From positions 2,656,001 to 2,720,000 of the forward strand of contig OZ242358.1 in assembly GCA_965208835.1 (NCBI GenBank): a stretch of DNA of 64,000 bases, given 5' to 3'. Source of the stretch: Candidatus Latescibacterota bacterium (GTDB taxonomy: Bacteria; Latescibacterota; UBA2968; GCA-2709665). The translations under genes were made by a program, and so were the position numbers. Below the pieces are notes generated by a model that was given only the letters and a program-made list of their open reading frames with translations, was not told the DNA's origin and did not search any database. Shown piece by piece: positions 57,013 to 64,000 of this stretch (positions are counted from its first letter, which is position 1; every line of letters starts with the position of its first letter).

Positions 57013-57459
57013 ATGGAAATCAGTTTTCGCTGTCCGGAATGCCAGGCCGTCAATTACATCAAGCCTTCACAGGCCGAGCCGACCTGTCAGGCCTGCGGTC
57101 GGGATTCTCCGATGGACTTCTCGAAAGGAATCTTACAGAATAACCAGGTCGACGTGTGCCCACGATGCGAAAAGACCGATTTTTACGTTCAGAGAGACTT
57201 CAACGGAAAAATCGGTCTGGGGATTGCCGTTCTGTTTGCCCTGGTCGGTCTGATTTTCGTGGCGCTGGACCGCCCTGTTTACTTCTATGCCTGCCTTGGC
57301 GCCGCCGCGATTATCGACCTCGCACTGTACCTGAGTCTGCCGGAAATTACGATCTGCTACAGTTGCAAGACCGCGTTCCGCGGCGCCCGAAAGAACCCGG
57401 CGCATGAACCATTCGATCTGCATACGGCGGACATGTACGACAATCGCGCCAAGGGATGA
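57013..57459 (+). CDS. Zinc-ribbon membrane protein
   Basis: CPEC, CQAC, CPRC, then two TMs, then CYSC. Confidence 0.7.
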   Translation: MEISFRCPECQAVNYIKPSQAEPTCQACGRDSPMDFSKGILQNNQVDVCPRCEKTDFYVQRDFNGKIGLGIAVLFALVGLIFVALDRPVYFYACLGAAAIIDLALYLSLPEITICYSCKTAFRGARKNPAHEPFDLHTADMYDNRAKG

Positions 57460-57510
57460 CCCGCATCCCGTCGCCGCGGCCGCCGGCCGGCAAGCTGGCT
57501 GCCTTCCTCC

Positions 57511-58086
57511 TCAACCCTCCCGATTCCGCTGAAGCAATTCGAGGAATTCCTCACGGGTTGTGCGATCCTTGAATGCGCCCCGGACGGCTGATGTCGTCGC
57601 CCAGGCGCCCGGTTTTTCCACGCCTCGCATTTCCATACACAGATGGCGGGCCTCAATCACCACGATTGACCCTTTGGGTGCAAGTTCACGCTCCAGAAAC
57701 TCCACGATCTGGTGGGTCATCCGCTCCTGGATCTGCGGCCGTCGCGCGTAATACTCCACGATCCGCACCAGTTTGCTCAAACCCACGATCTGCTCCGTGG
57801 GAATATAGCCCACGTGAACCCTGCCCCAGAAGGGCAACAGATGGTGCGCACACATCGAATAGAACGAAATGTCGTTCATGGCCACCATGTTGTCGAACCC
57901 GTCTTCATTGGGAAACATCCTGACGTCGGGTTCGTTGTCTTCGTCGAGCCCCTTGAAGATCTCGAGGTACATCCGCGCGAAACGCCGGGGCGTGTCCCTC
58001 AGGTTCGGATCCTTCATATCCAGGTTGAGCACTTTCATGATTTCCGAGATATGGTACCCGATCCGTTCGATCCTGTCTTCCGCCAT
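57511..58086 (-). CDS. folE: GTP cyclohydrolase I
   Basis: DTPRRFA, SMCAHHLLPF, GLSKL, RRPQIQE, HLCMEMRG. Confidence 0.96.
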   Translation of the reverse strand: MAEDRIERIGYHISEIMKVLNLDMKDPNLRDTPRRFARMYLEIFKGLDEDNEPDVRMFPNEDGFDNMVAMNDISFYSMCAHHLLPFWGRVHVGYIPTEQIVGLSKLVRIVEYYARRPQIQERMTHQIVEFLERELAPKGSIVVIEARHLCMEMRGVEKPGAWATTSAVRGAFKDRTTREEFLELLQRNREG

Positions 58087-58207
58087 GGCATCTCCTCTAT
58101 TGCCCATTCACGCGGACGCCCATGAGATCCGCTGTCTCTCTTACATCTCACCGCAACCCGTAGAAATCGCCTCGCAATAGCCGGTGTCGGTCCCGCAAAC
58201 CCTGTCG

Positions 58208-58777
58208 TCAGTCAGACGGGCCAAAAGCCAGGCCCAGGCTGACCCGGAACGACGAATCCTTCTCCTCATCGGCGATAATCATCTTGAGTTCACCGAACCA
58301 CAACACACCGGGCCCGACCCGTTTTCGGAATCCGAGTGGAATATTCAGGGTCACCTTCGTGTCGTCCGGAACCGTCACGTTGATCGAGTTTCCCTGACCA
58401 CCGGTTTCTATAATGTCGAACCGTGTCAGGTGAACGCCGATTCCGCCGCCCACATAACCATACGTATTGCCCTGTCCGAAAATGAACTGTGCTTCGCCGT
58501 TCAGGGAGTAGATCTTCAAATTGTCCTGTATCACCAGATCCACGCCCGGAACGAGATGGAGACGGGGAATGAAGATGGATCCGAAATCGACGTGTCCGCC
58601 AAGCGTCAATCTCGCGGAATCGAATTCGTACCCGATGTATTCCTCGGACTCCTGTCGCGTAAGGTCCACGCCGACCTTGATACCAAGGCCTCGCAATCCG
58701 AGAGCGTCTGCCCGGCAGTGGCCGAGCACAAGGCATGCGGCAATCACTCCGACTGTCAGGCGTGTACAATTGCCCAT
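58208..58777 (-). CDS. Outer-membrane beta-barrel (OmpA/porin-like) protein
   Basis: Signal peptide ending ADA, alternating beta strands, YVGGGIG, C-terminal LGLAF. Confidence 0.7.
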   Translation of the reverse strand: MGNCTRLTVGVIAACLVLGHCRADALGLRGLGIKVGVDLTRQESEEYIGYEFDSARLTLGGHVDFGSIFIPRLHLVPGVDLVIQDNLKIYSLNGEAQFIFGQGNTYGYVGGGIGVHLTRFDIIETGGQGNSINVTVPDDTKVTLNIPLGFRKRVGPGVLWFGELKMIIADEEKDSSFRVSLGLAFGPSD

Positions 58778-58857
58778 AGGGTTACCCCCTTCTCTCAGTG
58801 AATTCCCGGCGGTCGGCATCGTCCAGGCGATGGGTTTCGCGACCGGCTTTCGTGCGA

Positions 58858-59949
58858 TCATTCGTTGAAGAGAAATCGAATCACGTCGCCGTCCCGAACG
58901 GCGTAATGCCCGCCCTCCGCGCGAACTCTGCCCGTTTCGCGCAATGAGGCGATGCTTCCCGCAGCAAGGACATCCTGGTAGGCGGCAACTTCCGCCCGGA
59001 TGAAACCGCGCTCCATGTCGGAGTGAATCCTGCCGGCGGCCGCCGCGGCTCCCGTGCCGTCACGAACTTCCCAGGCCTGCAGCTTTTCGTTTGCCGTGGT
59101 ATAGAAGGTTATCAGCCCCAGCAGGGCATATCCCGCGCGAATCAGCCGGCTGACCCCCGGCTGATTCAACCCCATGTCCGCGACAAAGAGCTCCCGGTCG
59201 GCCGGAGGCAATTCGCCAAGTTCCGCCTCGATCTGCGCGGCCAGCGGAAGTACGTTGTCGATGCCGACCCGCGCCCGCAACCGCGCCGTGGCCGCGCCCC
59301 CGTCCGGCAGATCGGTCTCCGAAATGTTCGACACGTAAAGCACGGGTTTGGCGGTAAGAAAACTGTAGGGTACGAGAGCTTCCGACTGCGCTTCCGTCAG
59401 ATCCTGTTCCCGTACGGGCACGGACCGCCCCAGACCGTCGATGGCCAACCCAAGCGCGTCGTATGCATCGCGTTCCGGGGCCCGCGGATCAGAACGCAGG
59501 ACTTTCTCGAGTCGGCGGGCGATTCCTTCCGCCGACTCGAGATCGGCCATTTTCAGCTCGGTTTCGACGGTCTCAACGTCCCGCACTGGATCCACGCCGC
59601 CGTCCACGTGCGGCACATTTCCGCTTTCGTAACAGCGAACCAGATGAACCAGCGCGTCGACCTCCCGAATCCGGGCCAGAAACCGGTTGCCCAGGCCTTC
59701 GCCGAGGCTGGCTCCCCTGACCAGGCCCGCAATATCCACAAAGTGCACGAACGAGGGTATGCAGGCTTCGGGGTGAAGCAACTCATTCAACCGTTGAAGA
59801 CGCTGGTCCGGCACTTCCACGACACCGACATTCGGCTCAACGGTACAAAAGGGATAGTTCGATGCTTCAACGCCCGCCCTGGTTAACGCGTTAAACAGGG
59901 TTGATTTGCCCACATTTGGCAGGCCGATAATGCCGATATTGAGGGCCAT
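58858..59949 (-). CDS. ychF: Redox-regulated ATPase YchF
   Basis: [39 protein letters not shown]. Confidence 0.96.
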   Translation of the reverse strand: MALNIGIIGLPNVGKSTLFNALTRAGVEASNYPFCTVEPNVGVVEVPDQRLQRLNELLHPEACIPSFVHFVDIAGLVRGASLGEGLGNRFLARIREVDALVHLVRCYESGNVPHVDGGVDPVRDVETVETELKMADLESAEGIARRLEKVLRSDPRAPERDAYDALGLAIDGLGRSVPVREQDLTEAQSEALVPYSFLTAKPVLYVSNISETDLPDGGAATARLRARVGIDNVLPLAAQIEAELGELPPADRELFVADMGLNQPGVSRLIRAGYALLGLITFYTTANEKLQAWEVRDGTGAAAAAGRIHSDMERGFIRAEVAAYQDVLAAGSIASLRETGRVRAEGGHYAVRDGDVIRFLFNE

Positions 59950-60049
59950 ACTCGCTGCCCGGATGCAGCAGACGCACCTCCGCATGAAAAAAGAAACAGC
60001 CAGCGGCTAGACGCAAACCACTGGCCGACAGAAGCTTGACCATCTATCG

Positions 60050-60316
60050 TTAAAGTCCGCCACTGATGGCGGTAACAAAGTGAACCTCGCTCTCCTCCGC
60101 TACCCTCTGACGCATGCCGTCGTTGCCGACCACGCCGTCGATGGCAACCGCCAGACCGGGCCTGATACGGCCATCTTCGCAGATTCGCTCGGTGATTCCG
60201 GGAAACCGTGCTTCAAGGTTCTCAATAACCTCCCGTACCGTCTCGCCGGGAACCTGAACCTGCTCCTGGCCGTGGGTGAGACTGCGCATAAGGGACGGTA
60301 TCCAGACCTCTGGCAT
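60050..60316 (-). CDS. MoaD/ThiS-family sulfur carrier ending in GG-L
   Basis: Beta-grasp motifs TVREVIENLEARFPG and EVHFVTAISGGL*. Confidence 0.85.
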   Translation of the reverse strand: MPEVWIPSLMRSLTHGQEQVQVPGETVREVIENLEARFPGITERICEDGRIRPGLAVAIDGVVGNDGMRQRVAEESEVHFVTAISGGL

Positions 60317-60319
60317 GGC

Positions 60320-62623
60320 TCACCCTCTCCCGTTGCCTCCGCCGTTTTTCTCAATGAGTGTTTTCAAGACACGGCCCGGTGACATGGGCAGGTCGCGCAA
60401 ACGCACGCCCACGGCATCGTAGATCGCATTCGCCACGGCGGCGGGCGGCGGGACAATTGGTACTTCCCCCACGCCACGCACGCCGTACGGGTGGCCCGGA
60501 TTGGGAACTTCCACGATTATCGTCTCGATCATCGGCAGGTCCAGGCAGGTGGGCATCCGGTAGTCCAGAAGGCTGGCGTTTACAAGGTCGCCTTCTTCGT
60601 TGTAGAAATATTCTTCGTTCAATGCCCATCCGATACCCTGCGCCACGCCGCCCTGCATCTGTCCTTCGACGTACGAGGGATGTATGGCTTTACCCGCATC
60701 CTGTACGATGGTTACCCTGAGTATGTCCACCTTCCCGGTATCGGGATCGACTTCCACGTCCACGACCATGACGGCGTACGCCGGACCCGCCGCCTTTCCC
60801 GCCACTGCCGCCCGACCGACCACGGGGCCGCCCGTCGCGCCCAGCTTACCCGCCAGTTCGGTAAACGTGATGGATTTCTCGGGCGCCGACCTGGATTTGA
60901 AAACACCGCCGTCAAACACCACGTCGTCCTCAGATATCTCCCACAATCTCGCCGCCCTCGCCTCCATCTGACGTTTCGCGTCGACTGCGGCTTCGTATCC
61001 CGCCCAGCCCGTGGCAAACGTCACCCTGCTGCCGCCGGTGCCGTCTGTCTGTCCGATGGCGTCGGTGTCCACCACCATTGGTTTTACCTGGGCTGCAGGG
61101 ATGCCCAGTACCTCCGCAACCTGCATTGCAATGGACGTACGCGTACCCCCGATATCGGGTGAGCCTTCGACCAGGCTGACCGTGCCGTCGGCGTTTACGC
61201 TGACCACAACCGTCGAAGTTCCGCCTCCATTGAACCAGAAGCCGGAAGCCACACCCCGACCCCGGTTGGGTCCGTCGAGTCTGGATTGGTAGTGGTCTGA
61301 CCCCTTCGCCGCTTTCACGCATTCGTCGTGGCCGATCCGGGGAAAGACGGGACCGTCCGCCCGCCGGCTGCCTTCCCTGGCGGAATTATTCAGGCGAAAT
61401 TCCAGGGGATCGGCGTCGAGAATCTCGCAAATCTCGTCGATGACCGTCTCCGCCGCGAATGCGCCATTGGTCGCCCCGGGCGCACGATATGCCGAGGTCT
61501 GTGGCTTGTTCACGACCACGTCGTACCCATCAATAACCACATTGGGAATGTCGTAAGGAGAAAAAATACAGCCGGCGCCTGCGCCCACCGGCGATCCGGG
61601 ATAGGCACCGGCCTCGTAGGCGAGATACGCCTTTGCCGCGACCAGACTGCCGTCGTTCGTCGCGCCCATCTTCACTTTCATGTAGGAACCCGGCGTCGGC
61701 CCCGTAGCCTTGAGGACCTCCGTCCGGCTCATTACCATCTTGACGGGCTTGCCCGTCATCCTGGACATCACGGCGGCCGTCGGTTCCTCGTAGACGCGGA
61801 ACTTGCCGCCGAACCCGCCGCCGATCTCCGCGGGCACCACCCGGACCCTGGAGGCGGGCACTCCCAATACGACCGCGACCTGGTCTCGTACCTCGAACGG
61901 CCCCTGCGTGCTCGTCCAGATGGTGATCTGATCGTCCAGATTCCAATAAGCCGTCGCGTTATGGGGTTCTATGTACCCCTGATGTACCGTCTGGGTGCTG
62001 AACTCCCGTTCAACCACGACATCGGCTTCGGCGAATCCACGCTCGATGTCGCCAAGGGAATGCTGGAAATGACTGGCGACGTTTCCGGACTTATCCGTCG
62101 TCTGACCCAGTGATTTCATTCTCATGTTTTCGTGCAGGATGGGCGCGCCGTCTTCCATGGCGGGACGGACGTCCAGCACGGGCTCCAGAACGTCGTATTC
62201 CACACGAATCAGTTCCAGGGCTTCCTCGGCAATATGGGACGTGGTTGCCGCGACAGCAGCGACCGCATGCCCCTCGTAAAGGACTTTGTCCGAAGCCAGC
62301 ACGTTTTTTATGAGGTCGGGAAGGTTTACGGACTCCTCCCCGATGGCGGCCACCTTGTCCTCGTAGTGCTGCGCGAGGTCGGCCCCCGTTATGACGGCCT
62401 TCACGCCCGGAAGGGCTTCGGCGGCGCTCGTATCGACGGATAGAATGCGGGCGTGCGCATGCGGGCTGCGAAGGGTTTTACCGATCAACACACCCGACGT
62501 ATGGGTATCCGCTCCGTACTTCGCACGGCCCGTTACCTTATCCGTGCCGTCGTGGCGAATCGGACGAGTACCCACCACGCTGTAGCTATCGATGCCAAGA
62601 TAATCTTCGGCTTTCGTGGCCAT
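60320..62623 (-). CDS. Xanthine dehydrogenase family molybdopterin-binding subunit
   Basis: KVTGRAKY, LRSPHAHARI, GGGFGGK, AYRAPG, VEGQMQGG, RGVGE. Confidence 0.93.
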   Translation of the reverse strand: MATKAEDYLGIDSYSVVGTRPIRHDGTDKVTGRAKYGADTHTSGVLIGKTLRSPHAHARILSVDTSAAEALPGVKAVITGADLAQHYEDKVAAIGEESVNLPDLIKNVLASDKVLYEGHAVAAVAATTSHIAEEALELIRVEYDVLEPVLDVRPAMEDGAPILHENMRMKSLGQTTDKSGNVASHFQHSLGDIERGFAEADVVVEREFSTQTVHQGYIEPHNATAYWNLDDQITIWTSTQGPFEVRDQVAVVLGVPASRVRVVPAEIGGGFGGKFRVYEEPTAAVMSRMTGKPVKMVMSRTEVLKATGPTPGSYMKVKMGATNDGSLVAAKAYLAYEAGAYPGSPVGAGAGCIFSPYDIPNVVIDGYDVVVNKPQTSAYRAPGATNGAFAAETVIDEICEILDADPLEFRLNNSAREGSRRADGPVFPRIGHDECVKAAKGSDHYQSRLDGPNRGRGVASGFWFNGGGTSTVVVSVNADGTVSLVEGSPDIGGTRTSIAMQVAEVLGIPAAQVKPMVVDTDAIGQTDGTGGSRVTFATGWAGYEAAVDAKRQMEARAARLWEISEDDVVFDGGVFKSRSAPEKSITFTELAGKLGATGGPVVGRAAVAGKAAGPAYAVMVVDVEVDPDTGKVDILRVTIVQDAGKAIHPSYVEGQMQGGVAQGIGWALNEEYFYNEEGDLVNASLLDYRMPTCLDLPMIETIIVEVPNPGHPYGVRGVGEVPIVPPPAAVANAIYDAVGVRLRDLPMSPGRVLKTLIEKNGGGNGRG

Positions 62624-62687
62624 TGTGATCAACTCTCCCGAAGTTGGCGCACCGCGCTCCTGTGCGGGGCACGCACACGGAACCTAC

Positions 62688-64000
62688 CTATGATCCGTTT
62701 TCATTCCACAGCGCTTTCAGGACGTTTCCAGGAGACATCGGTAACACGTTCATCCGGATCCCCGCGGAACGGTAGATGGCATTGGCGAGAGCGGCCGGCG
62801 GCGGGACAATTGGCGCTTCTCCCACACCGCGCACACCGTAGGGATGACCGGGATTGGGAACTTCCACAATAATGGTTTCAATCATCGGAAGGTCCAGGCA
62901 GGTGGGCATCCGGTAATCAAGCAGGCTGGCGTTTGTCAATTCACCCTTGTTGTTGTACCAATACTCTTCGTTCAGGCCCCAGCCGATCCCCTGCGCCGCG
63001 CCCCCCTGCATCTGGCCCTCCACGTATGCGGGATGGATGGCCTTGCCCGCGTCCTGCACCATCGTGACCCTGAGAATGTCCACCTTGCCCGTATCCGGAT
63101 CGGTTTCGACGTCGGCGATCATCAGCGAGAATGCGCCGCCCACTCCCTGCGGATCGACGGTCGCACGCCCGACGACAGGACCGCCGGTCTCATTGAGTTT
63201 TCCAGCCAATTCTTTGAATGTCAAGGATTTCGACGGATCGGACCTGGATTTGAACGTGCCGTCTTCAAAGGCCACGTCGTCCGACGGAATCTCCCAGTAT
63301 TTCGCGGCACGCTCGACCATTTGGGCGATGATGTCCTGTGCTGCATTGTAGGCAGCCCAGCCCGTTGCGAAGGTGACCCGGCTGCCGCCGGTCACGTCGG
63401 TCTCCCCCACGCCGTCGGTATCGGCCACCACCGGATTCACGTCTTCCGCGGGAATGCCCAGCGGCTCGGCGAGCTGCATGGCCACGGACGTCCGGGTACC
63501 GCCGATATCGGTGGACCCTTCGACCAGGCTTACGGTGCCATCCGTATTTACAGACGCACACGCGCTGGACTTGAGACCCACGTTGAACCAGAAGCCGGAA
63601 GCCACGCCGCGACCCCGGTTTTTCCCCTCCAGGGACGCGTTGTAGTGTTCGCTCGTCATTGCTGCCTTCAACACTTCCTCGTGTCCGATACGGGGAAAGG
63701 TTGGACCGTCGGCCCTGCGCGTACCTTCTTTCGCCGTGTTCTTCAGGCGGAATTCAAGCGGGTCCTCGCCAAGCTTCTCGCAGATTTCGTCGACGATGGT
63801 CTCGGATGCAAAAGCCGCGTTCGTGGCACCCGGCGCCCTGTAAGCCATCGTCTGCGGCTTATTTACAACAACGTTGTACCCGTCGATGACCACGTTCTCG
63901 ATATCGTAGGGAGCGAAGATGCACATGGCGCCGGGTTCGGCCCACGCTCCGGCGAATCCACCCGACTCGTAGGCCAGGTAGGCCTCTGCAGCCACCAGTT
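62688..64000 (-). CDS. Second xanthine dehydrogenase family Mo-binding subunit (5' end outside the window)
   Basis: AYRAPG, TGGSRVT, VEGQMQGG, RGVGE; colinear paralog of 60320-62623. Confidence 0.92.
   Translation of the reverse strand, partial: LVAAEAYLAYESGGFAGAWAEPGAMCIFAPYDIENVVIDGYNVVVNKPQTMAYRAPGATNAAFASETIVDEICEKLGEDPLEFRLKNTAKEGTRRADGPTFPRIGHEEVLKAAMTSEHYNASLEGKNRGRGVASGFWFNVGLKSSACASVNTDGTVSLVEGSTDIGGTRTSVAMQLAEPLGIPAEDVNPVVADTDGVGETDVTGGSRVTFATGWAAYNAAQDIIAQMVERAAKYWEIPSDDVAFEDGTFKSRSDPSKSLTFKELAGKLNETGGPVVGRATVDPQGVGGAFSLMIADVETDPDTGKVDILRVTMVQDAGKAIHPAYVEGQMQGGAAQGIGWGLNEEYWYNNKGELTNASLLDYRMPTCLDLPMIETIIVEVPNPGHPYGVRGVGEAPIVPPPAALANAIYRSAGIRMNVLPMSPGNVLKALWNENGS

Overview
A GC-rich bacterial chromosomal segment of mostly housekeeping genes. 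The diderm envelope genes, cytoplasmic heparinase-like lyases and Gfo/Idh/MocA enzyme would fit an FCB-group lineage such as Latescibacterota or Gemmatimonadota; this is inference only. Core genes: gcvT, leuS, asnS, the rimP-nusA-infB-DUF503-rbfA-truB-ribF-rpsO-pnp operon, der, mutL-miaA-tRNA-Gly(CCC), hpt, folE and ychF. Accessory content: (i) a transporter operon with two tandem RND permeases and an ABC-2-type permease, where the second RND is fused to an ABC ATPase whose nucleotide-binding domain is interrupted by a ~177-aa hydrophobic insert; (ii) a CdaA diadenylate cyclase fused to a YbbR/CdaR-like domain; (iii) two heparinase II/III-like lyases without signal peptides; (iv) an rtcB-cobW-archease-mobA-PCD cluster; (v) tandem xanthine-dehydrogenase-family Mo subunits followed by a MoaD-like carrier ending GG-L; (vi) two families of non-autonomous MITEs with terminal inverted repeats and 4-bp target duplications, plus a REP-like inverted pair. 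No CRISPR array, transposase, integrase or rRNA was seen. All calls come from motif recognition by eye; no searches were run.
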